A DNA stretch of 64,000 nt. Origin: an uncultured Candidatus Entotheonella sp. (lineage in GTDB: Bacteria; Tectomicrobia; Entotheonellia; Entotheonellales; Entotheonellaceae). Positions within the stretch are counted from its first letter, which is position 1. Every line of letters begins with the position of its first letter. Below, one piece after another: positions 22,924 through 35,622 of the stretch. The notes under the pieces were generated by a model. The model made no database searches, was not told the origin of the DNA, and saw only the letters and a program-made list of their open reading frames with translations. The stretch is from contig OZ244252.1 of assembly GCA_965217185.1 (NCBI GenBank), positions 1,440,001 through 1,504,000 of the forward strand, read 5' to 3'. A program made the translations under genes and the position numbers.

Positions 22924-24291
22924 ATGCTACGGAGACTGCTGATCGGCCTCAGCACCTTGATGATTCTGATTCTGGGCGTTGTCGGCATGAAGGCGTTGAA
23001 GGACATGCGCGACGTTCCGCAACGGCAGGTTGTCGACAACCCGGGGCCTGTGGTGCGCGTGGTCAACGTAGAGCCGCGCGAGGTACCGCTTTCCGTGGCC
23101 GGATTCGGCACCGTGCGGGCGAAACACGTCTGGAGCGTCACGCCCGAAGTGTCGGGGACGATTGTCGAATTGTCACCGCAACTGCGGGCCGGGTTGCACG
23201 TCAAGCGCGGTGAGCTGTTGTTCCAGATTGATCCCCGTTCCTTCCGACTGGCGGTAGAACGCATTCAGGCCCGCTTGATTCAGCATGAGAAAGAAATCGC
23301 CGTCCTGCAGCAGCAGCGGAAAAATCACCTCGAAACGCTCGAACTGGCGCGCCAAAACCTGTCCATCGCGGAGGAGGATCTGTGGCGCGATGAGGAACTG
23401 ATGCGCAAGGGCACCATCTCGCCGCGCGAGCGTGACCGCCGCCAGCAGGCGCGGAACGAAGCATTGCGCGCGGTGCAAAGCACTGAAAACCAGTTGGCGC
23501 TGAACGGGCCGCGGACCGAGCAGGCCGAAGCCGCCATCGAGGTGGCGCGCGCCGAATTGGAAGAGGCCGAGTTGCAACTCAGCAAGACGCGCCTGCTGGC
23601 CCCCGCCGACGGCCAACTCGTGCAAACCGTGCTCGACCTCGGCGAATTTGTCGCTGCCGGGCGCGAGGTTGCTTCCCTCTACGGCACGGACGCCGTGGAA
23701 ATTCCGATTGCCGTGCCCATGGACGAGCTCCGCTGGCTGCCGACGCTGTCCCCGGACAATTTCTCACCCACGGCGGATTCCAATCCGGCCCCGAATGATC
23801 TCCTGCCGACGGCCACCATTCACTGGCAAAGCGGCCAGCGCGATTATGTCTGGCACGGCAAGGTGGTTCGCTGGGAGGCCGGCCTGGATGCCCGGACGCG
23901 CACCCTGACCCTGGTGGTGGAAGTCCCCAGGCCCTGGGATTCGTTCCGTCCCGGTGAACACCCGGCTCTGCAACCCGGCATGTTTTGCCGGGTGGAAATT
24001 TCCGCCGGCAGCCAACCCAATGCCGTTGTCATCCCCCGCACGGCCTTGCACGACGGCAACTCGGTGTATCTCGTCACCGACGGACGCCTGGAACGGCGAC
24101 AGGTAGAAGTCCTTCGTTTCCTCCGTGACCAGGCCATCCTCAGCGCCGGGCTGCAACCGGGCGATCGCCTTGTGGTTTCTCCCCTCAGCGCTCCGGTCAT
24201 CGGCATGAAACTTCGCCCCCTGGAAGTCCAGCCGGTGGCGCCCGCCATCTCCGACACCCAAGACACGGTCGCGCGGCAAGAGGAGCGCTAA
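22924..24291 (+). CDS. RND efflux periplasmic adaptor subunit
   Basis: N-terminal TM, PEVSGTI..G..V..GELL lipoyl half, coiled coil, APADG, LQPGMF. Confidence 0.92.
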   Translation: MLRRLLIGLSTLMILILGVVGMKALKDMRDVPQRQVVDNPGPVVRVVNVEPREVPLSVAGFGTVRAKHVWSVTPEVSGTIVELSPQLRAGLHVKRGELLFQIDPRSFRLAVERIQARLIQHEKEIAVLQQQRKNHLETLELARQNLSIAEEDLWRDEELMRKGTISPRERDRRQQARNEALRAVQSTENQLALNGPRTEQAEAAIEVARAELEEAELQLSKTRLLAPADGQLVQTVLDLGEFVAAGREVASLYGTDAVEIPIAVPMDELRWLPTLSPDNFSPTADSNPAPNDLLPTATIHWQSGQRDYVWHGKVVRWEAGLDARTRTLTLVVEVPRPWDSFRPGEHPALQPGMFCRVEISAGSQPNAVVIPRTALHDGNSVYLVTDGRLERRQVEVLRFLRDQAILSAGLQPGDRLVVSPLSAPVIGMKLRPLEVQPVAPAISDTQDTVARQEER

Positions 24292-27200
24292 GGCATGCGA
24301 CGCCTCATTTCGGCCGCCGTTCACAACTCGGTGGCGGCCAATCTCTTGATGATCGTGATCATCGTGATCGGCGGTATGAGCGCCTACAACCTCCGGCGTG
24401 AGACCTTTCCGCAAATATCCTTCGATATTATCCAGGTGCAGACCATCTTTCCCGGCGCCACGCCGGAGGAAGTTGAAGAAAGCATTGTCGTCAAAATCGA
24501 AGAGGCGATTAAGAGCGTCGAGGGCATTCAGGACATCCTCTCACAAGCGCGCGAAAGTTCAGGCGTGGTGCTCGCCCGGCTAAAGTCTGGCGTCGATAAT
24601 CGCCGCGTCCTGGAGGATATCCAGAATGAGGTCGAGAAGATTGATACGTTTCCTGAGGACGCCGAACCACCGCGTTACGAAGAGCTCTCGGAGAGGCGCA
24701 AGGTCATCAATATCGCCATCTATGGCGAGCAGCCCGAGCGAACGTTGAAGGAAGTTGCCACCCGGGTGCGGGACGACCTTCTGGTTTCCGAGTTCATCTC
24801 GCAGATTCGCATTTTCGGCACCCGCGATTATGAAATCAGCGTCGAAGTATCCGAGGAGAGCCTGCGGCGTCACGGCCTTACCTTCGAAGAAATCCGCCAA
24901 GTGGTGCAGCGCAGCAGCCTCAACCTGCCGGGGGGCAGCATCAAGACGCCGACGCAGGACATCGTGGTGCGCACCGCCGGACAACGCTACACCGGACTGG
25001 AATTCGCCCTTCTGCCGTTATTGACGCGCCCGGACGGTACGGTGGTCACCTTGGACGAGGTGGCGCGGGTCAGCGACGGTTTCGTGGATGCGTGGCGCAT
25101 CGGCCGTTTCAACGGCACCCCCAGCGTCATGGTTTCCGTGTTCAGGACTAGCGAGGAAGACGCCCTGGTCATTTCCGACACGGTACGTCAGTACGTCTCC
25201 GAGCAAGCGCCGCAACTGCCGGAGGGGCTGTCCATGAGCGTGTGGGCGGACGATTCGGCCATTACCAAAAGCCGTCTGGAATTGCTCAGCCGTAACGGGC
25301 TGCAAGGTCTGTTCCTGGTGCTTCTCAGCTTGTGGCTGTTCCTGAACCTGCGGTTGGCGTTTTGGGTGGCGGCCGGCTTGGTGGTGGCTCTGCTGGGCGG
25401 CTTGTGGATCCTGATCCTGTACGGCGGCACCCTCAACATGATCACCATGTTCGCCTTCATCATGGCGCTCGGCATGCTGGTCGACGACGCCATCGTGGTT
25501 GGCGAGAACGTCTACAGCCACTGGCGGCGCGGCAAGCCCCCGGTGCAGGCGGCCATCGATGGCGCCAGCGAGGTGGCCGTACCGGTTATCGGGGCGGTGG
25601 CGACGACCGTTGCGGCGTTCGTGCCGCTGTTCATCATGGAGGGCATCCTGGGCAAGTTCGTCGCCGTGATGCCCGTGGCCGTGGTGGCCGCCCTGCTCGG
25701 TTCGCTGCTTGAGTGCATGGTGATTCTGCCGCCGCACTTGGCGCACGCACTGCCGGAGGGCGGGTATCAAATGCCCAGGCGCGGTATTCGCCGTTTGGCG
25801 CAACGCATCCGTGGCGGCATCGACGGTGCCCTGGATTGGTTTATCGAGCGGGTCTATATGCCCGTGCTGAGGCGCGCCATGGCGTGGCGCCTGGTTGTCG
25901 CCGCCTCGGCATTGGCGATTCTAATGCTCATGTTCGGCCTGTTGCTGGGCGGACACCTTGAGTTCGAGCTCTTCCCCGACCGGGATACCGATACCATTCT
26001 GGCGCGCCTCACCATGCCGCAGGGCACCCCGTTGGCACAAACCGCCGCGGCGACGGCGCGCCTTGAAACCGCGGCGCGCGAACTCGATAGCCGTTTTCGG
26101 CCCGCTGATCCCGAGTACGACGGCGTCGTCAAGCAGATCATGACGGTCGTCGGTATCAATACAGACTTCGACCCTGAGGTCGGCAGCCACGTCGGCGAGG
26201 TGACGGTCGAACTCCTGGCCGCCGAGCAGCGCGGTATTTCCAGCACGCTCTTGGCGGACACTTGGCGGGACCTCGCCGGCGATGTGCCGGACGCGCTTGA
26301 GCTCATTTTCATGAGCGAGGACATTTTTCCCGTCGGCAAGCCCATCGAAGTGCGCCTGATGGGCGACGATTTCACCGCCATGCGCGAGGCCGCGGCGCGG
26401 CTGGAGGCCGAATTGGGCACCTATCCCGGCGTGCTGGACATCAGCAACGACTTCCGGCCCGGCAAGATGGAAATCCAGCTCGCGCTGAAGCCCGCCGGAC
26501 GGGTGCTCGGCATCACGCTGGCCGACCTGGCCGGGCAGGTCAATCAGGGCTTCTACGGCGCCGAGGCGCTGCGTCTACAACGCGGCCGCGACGACGTAAA
26601 AGTGGTCATCCGCTACCCGGAAGCGGAACGACGCTCGCTGGGAGACCTCGACAACATTCGCATTCGCACCCCGAACGGCAGCGAAGTGCCGTTTGGCGAG
26701 GTGGCCACCGCCACCCTGCGGCGCGGCTTCGCGGTCATCAAGCGGACCGACCGACAGCGCGCCCTTTCCGTCACCGCCGATGTTGATTCCACCAAGGCCA
26801 ATGCGGAAAAAATTCTCGCCGTCCTGGAAGCGGACTTTCTGCCCCGTCTGCTCGCCGATTACGAGAACATGCGGTATTCCTTCGAAGGCCAGCATAAGGA
26901 GACGCAGCGCTCGGTGGGCAGCCTGTTCCGCGGCTTCATCATCGCCATGCTGCTGGTCTACACGATTCTTGCGGTGATTTTCCGTTCCTACGCCCAGCCT
27001 CTGGTCGTCATGTCGGTAATTCCATTTGGATTGATCGGCGCCGTGGTCGGTCACTTCATTATGGGGCACGTCCTTTCCCTGATCAGCCTGTTCGGGCTCG
27101 TGGCCTTGAGCGGCGTGTTGGTGAATGACTCGCTGGTGCTGGTCGATTTTATCAACCGAGCCAGAAGCCAAGGCACCCCGCTGTTCGAGGCCGTGTTCGT

Positions 27201-27448
27201 TGCCGGCCGGCAACGGTTCCGCGCCATCATCCTGACCAGCGTGACGACCGTCGCGGGTTTGTCGCCCATCCTGTTCGAGAAGAGCGTGCAGGCGCAGTTC
27301 CTCATTCCGATGGCGATCTCAATGAGCTTCGGCCTCATGGGCGCCACGATCCTGGTGCTGGTGCTGGTACCCGCCCTCTATCTGTTGCTGTACGACATGC
27401 AGAGCATCTGGCGCTGGCTGCGTACCGGCAGCTTTGCAGAGAAATCCC

Positions 27449-29398
<1,950 letters not shown>

Positions 29399-29431
29399 CG
29401 TTATGAAAACCGGAAGGGATAAATTGACTGG

Positions 29432-29465
29432 ACCGGCGCGACACCCGAAACGATGCCGCGCCGGT
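29432..29465. terminator. GC-rich hairpin between convergent genes
   Basis: ACCGGCGCG..CGCGCCGGT; no clear U-tract. Confidence 0.4.
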
Positions 29466-29479
29466 TGCGGGAAGGAGGG

Positions 29480-30472
29480 TTATCTCACGGCAATCGGATT
29501 GCCTGGGGAACCCGTGGCGCCCTTCAAGCGCAGCGGCGAGAAGATGTAGGCGAACTCGTACACCTGGTCCGCCGCCAAGGCTGCCGTGTCGAGATTCTCA
29601 TGGATGTAGATGCCATTGCACACCAGCAGGTGCTGGTGGCTCTCAAAAGCGCGATCCGGGTCCTCGCCGGGTACTGCCTCTACCGGCCACGTATCGGAAG
29701 CCAGCATGACGGGTTTCTTCTCAATCAACCACTTGACCGTCGTCACGCTGGGTCCGGGCACGGGGCCGCCATAGGCGTCATTGTCCACCATCCATAGCGA
29801 ACCGTGACCGGTGTGAAACATGATCACGTCGCCTTCCCCGATGTCGACGCCTTGGCGGGCCAGAGTGCCCTCGACGTCGTCAATGGTGATGACGTATCCC
29901 CCCTCCAGCCGGTCGACGCCCTTGTAGGCGGCGACGTCGAGCAGGACGCCGCGGGTGAAGAACACCCCGACGTTCTCGACGCCGAGCCGCTTCAGCCCGT
30001 AGGTGTCGCCAAAGTCGGCCAGCTTGTTGCCGTTGTAGAAGATTTCGTCGTCGCCCACCTGCACGCCGACGTGGCCGAGGCCGTCAAACTGCGTGCCCAC
30101 CTGACCAATCTCCGCGCTCACCATCTCGTCGTTGCCGATGATCTGGTTCTCGGCGAACGGCGAGTACGTGGGCAGGCCGGGAATCGTCAGGCTGTAGTGC
30201 CGCTTGCCGGGCATCGCCATGCCGTGCTCATAAACGCGCCCCAACTGGTAAATCTTGCCCTCCTGGATCAGCGACACCGCCTGCATCACCTTCGCCGGGG
30301 TGATGCGGTTCGCCGCCCCGCGTTGATCGTCCGGCCCCCACTCGGACGGCCAGCATACCGGGCCGATGGGGGTGTCGTCTTGCGCTGTCGCCGAACCAAC
30401 AAAACCGGGCAGAATGAACATCCCGATTACAACCACGGCCATCAACCTGGATCTGCGTAACGTCACTTGCAT
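29480..30472 (-). CDS. Exported cyclase family (kynurenine formamidase-like) metallohydrolase
   Basis: WGPDDQRGAAN, GTQFDGLGH, TRGVLLDVA, GATGSPGNPIA; signal peptide. Confidence 0.9.
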   Translation of the reverse strand: MQVTLRRSRLMAVVVIGMFILPGFVGSATAQDDTPIGPVCWPSEWGPDDQRGAANRITPAKVMQAVSLIQEGKIYQLGRVYEHGMAMPGKRHYSLTIPGLPTYSPFAENQIIGNDEMVSAEIGQVGTQFDGLGHVGVQVGDDEIFYNGNKLADFGDTYGLKRLGVENVGVFFTRGVLLDVAAYKGVDRLEGGYVITIDDVEGTLARQGVDIGEGDVIMFHTGHGSLWMVDNDAYGGPVPGPSVTTVKWLIEKKPVMLASDTWPVEAVPGEDPDRAFESHQHLLVCNGIYIHENLDTAALAADQVYEFAYIFSPLRLKGATGSPGNPIAVR

Positions 30473-30531
30473 CGCTCTCTCCTTGTCGTTGTTGTGCCTC
30501 AGTTGCAAGGGCGTGGCCCTTCATACGCGGC

Positions 30532-30559
30532 ATCATACACCCGGCAAGGCCGCCGTCAA
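30532..30559 (-). promoter_or_regulatory. Sigma70-like promoter for the cyclase gene
   Basis: TTGACG-16 nt-TATGAT. Confidence 0.5.
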
Positions 30560-30685
30560 GCGCCATTCGGGTGGCTTCTGTTCAAGAGCCGCCAGGTTGT
30601 CGTGGACGCTGTGCCTGCCGTGCAGTATCATGCCGGGCCAACCTATCGCGTCGAGGACCGAGGTCATTGTTGAGGGAGAAACACC

Positions 30686-31993
30686 ATGCAGCAAGGAAGC
30701 AAACGCGGGCAGCGCGGGTTGAGTCGGCGGCAGTTTTTGAGTGCTGCCACGGCGACCACGGCGGGGCTGATGATGGTGCCGCCGGCGATTGCGGCCCGCA
30801 AGAAGCGCGTCACGATGCTCAGTTGGAACCACTTTGTGCCGGCGTCGGACGAAGAGTTGCGCCGTCAGGCCGCCGAGTTCAGCGAAATCTATGGGGCCAA
30901 GGTGCAGGTGGACACCATTTCTCACCTGCAAATACCGGCCAAGCAGGCCGCCGAGGTCAACGCCCAACGGGGTCATGACATCATGATCATGGGCGGCGCT
31001 TTCCCTTGGCTGTACGAAAAGCAGCTCCTGCCCGTGGACGATCTGGTGGACGAATTGGGCAACAAATTGGGCGGCTGGTACCCGTTCTGCGAACAGAATT
31101 TTCGCGTCAAGGGCACATGGCGTTCGGTACCGTGGTTCTGGGTGTCATTTCCCGGCACGGTCAACCAGGCACTGTTCGCGCAGCATGATCTGGCGTGGCC
31201 CGACACGTGGGCCGACGTGCTGGCGGCGGGCACCAAGCTGAAAAAGGCCGGGCACCCGGTCGGCATCGCCATCAGCCATGCCGGCGACGCCAACACGACC
31301 TTCTGGTCGATCAACTGGTGCTTCGGCGGCAAGGTGATCGACGAAGAGGGACAGGTTGCCATCCGCTCGCCGCAGACGGAAGAGGCCATGGAGTTCTACC
31401 GCGAGCTGTTCGACAAGGCGATGACCGATGAAGTTCTGGCCTGGGATGACGCCAGCAACAATCGCTTCCTGCTGTCGGGCAAGGGCTCGTGGATTCACAA
31501 CCCCATCAGCCCTTACAACGCGGCGCTGGCCAAGAAGATGGACATCGCCAAAGACATCAACCACCATCCCACGCCGGCCGGGCCGGCAGGCCGCCACAAT
31601 GCGCCGCCGATCGTCAGCCTCGGCATCTGGAAGTTCGCGCGCAATCCCGAAGGGGCACGGGAATTCCTCCGTTACCTGTTCGAGCCTGAGAATTTCAACA
31701 AGTGGGTGGTTGCCAGTATGGCCTTCAATCACGGCCCGGTGCGGGAATTCGAGACGCACCCCATTTGGGCCACCGACGAGAAACTCAAGATTCTGCCGCT
31801 CGAAGGCGAATTTGGTCACCCGCGCGGCTGGCCGTATCACCCGAACCCGGAAGTGGCGCGCATCGACGAAGTCTACGTGCTGCCGGACATGGTGGCCAAG
31901 GCGATTCGCGGCAAGAACGTCAAAGCCGCCCTGCAGTGGGGTGAGGATCAGATCCACCGCATTATGAAGAACACGCGGGAGAGAACCGCGTAA
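30686..31993 (+). CDS. ABC transporter extracellular solute-binding protein (family 1), Tat signal
   Basis: SRRQFL; PDTWAD; WDDASNN. Confidence 0.9.
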   Translation: MQQGSKRGQRGLSRRQFLSAATATTAGLMMVPPAIAARKKRVTMLSWNHFVPASDEELRRQAAEFSEIYGAKVQVDTISHLQIPAKQAAEVNAQRGHDIMIMGGAFPWLYEKQLLPVDDLVDELGNKLGGWYPFCEQNFRVKGTWRSVPWFWVSFPGTVNQALFAQHDLAWPDTWADVLAAGTKLKKAGHPVGIAISHAGDANTTFWSINWCFGGKVIDEEGQVAIRSPQTEEAMEFYRELFDKAMTDEVLAWDDASNNRFLLSGKGSWIHNPISPYNAALAKKMDIAKDINHHPTPAGPAGRHNAPPIVSLGIWKFARNPEGAREFLRYLFEPENFNKWVVASMAFNHGPVREFETHPIWATDEKLKILPLEGEFGHPRGWPYHPNPEVARIDEVYVLPDMVAKAIRGKNVKAALQWGEDQIHRIMKNTRERTA

Positions 31994-32017
31994 CGGCAGG
32001 CTAAAAAGGATGGCGGG

Positions 32018-32054
32018 AACGGCTGGTCGTGTCAGATACGGCCAGCCGTTTTTT
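32018..32054 (+). terminator. Rho-independent terminator
   Basis: AACGGCTGGTCGT-7 nt-ACGGCCAGCCGTT followed by TTTT. Confidence 0.7.
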
Positions 32055-32064
32055 CTGGCCGGGA

Positions 32065-32289
32065 TCACGGTCTTACAGGCGTGCCTGTGGGGTCACCGGG
32101 CTCCGGCAGCCGGTGGATACGCACGTTCAGACCCTCGCGCAGGGTTGGGAAGTGTTCCCGTAAGGCAGCATGGGCCGAGTCATAGCTGCGAAAGCCGTAG
32201 GGCGCGCCACTGGCCTTCCGCACCGTGCGCCAGCCTTCCAGGCCATACCCGTGATGCGCCATTACCTGGATGACGTAGACGTCCGCCAT
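32065..32289 (-). CDS. Small hypothetical protein (74 aa)
   Basis: Fills the gap 15 nt after the esterase stop on the same strand; natural composition. Confidence 0.6.
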   Translation of the reverse strand: MADVYVIQVMAHHGYGLEGWRTVRKASGAPYGFRSYDSAHAALREHFPTLREGLNVRIHRLPEPGDPTGTPVRP

Positions 32290-32304
32290 GACGTTCCCCG
32301 GCCC

Positions 32305-33234
32305 CTATTTACTGGCGAAAGCCTTTTTCATGGCCGCGGCCGCTTCAGAGACGGCTTGGCCGGCTTTGTCGACTGCACCGGACATGCCGAAAAAGCCGTG
32401 GATCATGCCGTCGTAGCGGGTGCAGGCAGTGGGAACGCCGGCGGCTTCGAGGTTTTTGGCGTAGGCCTCGCCCTCGTCGCGCAGCGGGTCGAATTCCGCG
32501 GTGATGACCAGCGCCGGGGGCAGATTCTTGAAGCTCCCGGCCCGTGATGGCACGGCGTAGGGGTGATTCGGGTCGTCGGAAGCGCCCAGATATTGATCCC
32601 AATACCACTTCATGCCGTCGCGGGTCAGCAGGTAGCCATCAGCGTTGTCCACGTAGGAAGGCGTCTCGAAATCGAGCGAGGTCATCGGATAGACCAGCAG
32701 TTGGAACGCCAAGTCGGGGTGGGCGCGGTCGCGGGCCATCTGTGCCACCACGGCAGCCAGGTTGCCCCCGGCACTGTCGCCGCCAACCGCCATGCGCGAG
32801 GCGTCGCCCTGGATGCTGGCGGCGTTGTCCGACGCCCACACCGTGGCTGCGTAGCAATCGTCGCACGCGCCAGGGAACTTCGATTCCGGCGCCAAGCGGT
32901 AATCCACCGAGATCGTCACACAGCCGGTTTCGACCGTCAGGTGCCGCGCCGTGGCATCCGCGGTTTCGAGATCGCCTACCACCATGCCGCCGCCGTGGCA
33001 CCAGATCAGAATGGGAAAGGGGCCCGTGCCCGCCGGCGTGTAGATGCGAACCGGCACCTCGGCGTCACGCCAGGAAACGGTGCGGTCTTCCACCTTGGCG
33101 ACCTCCGGCCCATCGATGCGCGGCCGGTTCTTCATGTTCTCGCGCGCCTGCTGCGGGCTCACCATGTGATTCGGGGGCAGACCCAACGCCGCCAGTTGAT
33201 CGAGGACTTGTTGGGCTTGCGGATCCAGTGGCAT
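32305..33234 (-). CDS. HSL-family esterase/lipase
   Basis: HGGG, DYRLAPE, GDSAGG, DPLRDEG, HGF. Confidence 0.95.
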   Translation of the reverse strand: MPLDPQAQQVLDQLAALGLPPNHMVSPQQARENMKNRPRIDGPEVAKVEDRTVSWRDAEVPVRIYTPAGTGPFPILIWCHGGGMVVGDLETADATARHLTVETGCVTISVDYRLAPESKFPGACDDCYAATVWASDNAASIQGDASRMAVGGDSAGGNLAAVVAQMARDRAHPDLAFQLLVYPMTSLDFETPSYVDNADGYLLTRDGMKWYWDQYLGASDDPNHPYAVPSRAGSFKNLPPALVITAEFDPLRDEGEAYAKNLEAAGVPTACTRYDGMIHGFFGMSGAVDKAGQAVSEAAAAMKKAFASK

Positions 33235-33410
33235 AACTCACCTCTTAACAATGGGTTGACAACGCTCGCTGGCGTTTGGAATGGGTGTGGGTTTTGATAG
33301 CGGCCACTGTAAACCACACCCTGATAGAGGTCAACGTGCGAAGGCAGTGACGGCAATGGGCAGATGTTTAAACAGCAATGCTCTGAAACTGTTCCAAGAA
33401 AGGAAGTCAT

Positions 33411-34442
33411 GTGACACTTGAAAACGGCACGATCACGACGACGGCAGGCATCGGGGACGCCGGATACGACGGCGACGGCGGCCCGGCCGGTTCGGCCCGA
33501 CTCAACGAACCCTTCATGTGCGTCTTCGACCGGCAAGGCAACCTGTACGTAGCGGAGGCGATGAATCACTGCGTGCGCCGCATCGACGGCCGCAGCGGCG
33601 TGATTACCACCGTCGCTGGAACGGGCGAACTCGGCTATGGCGGCGACGGCGGCCCGGCGGCGCAGGCGACCCTGAACCAGCCTTATGCCCTGGACATCGC
33701 GGACAATGGCGACCTGTACATCGTGGACCGCTTGAATGCCGTCATCCGTAAGGTGGATGCGGCCAGCGGCATCATTTCCACCGTTGCCGGAACCGGAAGG
33801 CCGGGATTGAGCGGCGACGGCGGCCCGGCGACGCAGGCAGCCCTGCGGGAACCCAATGATTGCTTCCTCGACCGGCACGGCGGCCTGCTCATCGCCGACG
33901 TACAAGATCATCGCGTCCGCCGGCTGGACCTGGCTACGGGCATCATCACCACCTTCGCGGGCAACGGTGACAAGGCACGCGTCGGTGACGGCCGCCCCGC
34001 CACCGAGGCCAGCATCCTTGGCGCGCGGGCGGTGTGTCAGGATGGCAGCGGCAACACCTACATCTGCGAACGGGAGGGCAACGGGGTGCGCAAGGTGGGT
34101 GCCGACGGCATCATGTCGACCTTCGCGGGAGCCGGCGAGCGCGGCTACAGTGGCGACGGCGGTTCAGCACTGACGGCGACGTGGGGAGCGCCAAAAGCCC
34201 TGCGTTGCGACCTGCAGGGCAACGTTTTGGTGGTGGACACGGAAAACCACGCCATTCGACGCATTGATGCCGTCACGGGCGTTGTCACCACCGTGGCTGG
34301 TGGGCAACATGGCGGGCACGGTGACGGTGGCCCGGCGACGGCGGCAGGACTGGATCGCCCGCACGGCTGCTGCGTCGATGCACAAGGCAATCTTTACATC
34401 GCCGATAGTAACAACCATCGCGTACGGGTTGTGAGGTTTTAG
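33411..34442 (+). CDS. NHL-repeat beta-propeller protein
   Basis: About six repeats of T.AG.G..G..GDGG.A..A.L..P......D..GNLY.AD..NH..RR. Confidence 0.92.
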   Translation: MTLENGTITTTAGIGDAGYDGDGGPAGSARLNEPFMCVFDRQGNLYVAEAMNHCVRRIDGRSGVITTVAGTGELGYGGDGGPAAQATLNQPYALDIADNGDLYIVDRLNAVIRKVDAASGIISTVAGTGRPGLSGDGGPATQAALREPNDCFLDRHGGLLIADVQDHRVRRLDLATGIITTFAGNGDKARVGDGRPATEASILGARAVCQDGSGNTYICEREGNGVRKVGADGIMSTFAGAGERGYSGDGGSALTATWGAPKALRCDLQGNVLVVDTENHAIRRIDAVTGVVTTVAGGQHGGHGDGGPATAAGLDRPHGCCVDAQGNLYIADSNNHRVRVVRF

Positions 34443-34453
34443 TGGCTGCGAGA

Positions 34454-35596
34454 TCAGTCGGACGGTAGTTCGTCGAGGCGGCGCAGGACACGGCTCTCAC
34501 GCAGCCGGTCGCCGGCGCCGCTGACGCCGCCGGTGGGCTGGAAAAATTGGGATTGCCGGGCCTCGGCGAGGTGATAAGCCAGGAGTTCTCCGGCCAAGCA
34601 ATAAACCAGCGGCGCAAACAGTTCCGGCACCGGTTGCGGTACCGGCAGGAAGGTATCCACGGCAACGGGGAGGGACGCGGGGTCGCCATGCGCGATCACA
34701 AGTGTGCGGCGTCCGACTGCCTTGACGTGGGGAAGTAATTCCAGGGCCCGGTCGAGGCTGCGGCCCGGCGGTACAATCAGGCAGGTCGGCGTGGCCTCCC
34801 GGCTGTCGAAGAATTGGATGTGCCCCCACTCCTCGATGTCCTGCCCCCAGGCATTGGTCCCGCAGCTTTCCACCAGCTTGGCGGCGCTGAACAGCGCCGT
34901 CGCATAGTTCGGTCCGGAACCCAGGAATACCCAGTCCTCATGCTCGCTGAACCGTTCAGCCGCCTCACGTGCCGGGGCGTCAACGGCCTCGATCGTTGCC
35001 GCCATGCAATCAGCAACCTCGACCAATCGCTGCCGCCAGCGGTCGGCCTCGGCGGCGGATAGCACCTGCCGCAGCTCGCCGACCCGTATCGCACACAGCA
35101 GCAAGCTGACGAGCTGAACCGTGTAGGAGCGGATGCCCGGTGCCCGTCCCATCGGCGCAATGGGAACGGTAACAGTTGCCGCCGCTTCCCGCGCGATGCC
35201 GCTTTCCACATTTCCCGTCACCGCCACGGTGTCCAGGCCAGCCGCCCGCGCCAGGGCGACCGCCTCAATTGATCGCGCGACCTGTCCGGAATTGGAAATG
35301 CCGAACAATCCGGCCGATGTCGGTGCCTGATCCGCCTCGTAACGCGCGAACGGCATCGCCGCGAGCGCTTTAACCGGCAGGCGGCAAAAACGCGCGAAGG
35401 CCATCTCGCAGGCCAGCCCGGCGTAGAACGAATCGCCGCAGCCGGCCGTGTAAATGGCCTGCCAATGCTGCGGCTTCACGTCGCACAGGGCGTCAGCCAC
35501 TTTCTGCGCCGCTGGCTCGACAATATCGCGCAGCAAGGCCGGCTGGCTCATGATCTGATCCCGCATCACGGTGCGAGGGGAGGATTCGGCAGCCAT
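34454..35596 (-). CDS. SIS-domain protein (GlmS/AgaS/FrlB-like)
   Basis: GCGDS, ISNSG, FLGSGP, EEWGH. Confidence 0.9.
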   Translation of the reverse strand: MAAESSPRTVMRDQIMSQPALLRDIVEPAAQKVADALCDVKPQHWQAIYTAGCGDSFYAGLACEMAFARFCRLPVKALAAMPFARYEADQAPTSAGLFGISNSGQVARSIEAVALARAAGLDTVAVTGNVESGIAREAAATVTVPIAPMGRAPGIRSYTVQLVSLLLCAIRVGELRQVLSAAEADRWRQRLVEVADCMAATIEAVDAPAREAAERFSEHEDWVFLGSGPNYATALFSAAKLVESCGTNAWGQDIEEWGHIQFFDSREATPTCLIVPPGRSLDRALELLPHVKAVGRRTLVIAHGDPASLPVAVDTFLPVPQPVPELFAPLVYCLAGELLAYHLAEARQSQFFQPTGGVSGAGDRLRESRVLRRLDELPSD

Positions 35597-35622
35597 CGAG
35601 GGTCTCCGGGAATGCGCAGGGT

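Noticed and set aside
33430..34420. Recurring GGCGACGGCGGCCCGGC as a CRISPR-like repeat
   Set aside because: Coding NHL repeats, degenerate and ~170 nt apart; no cas operon
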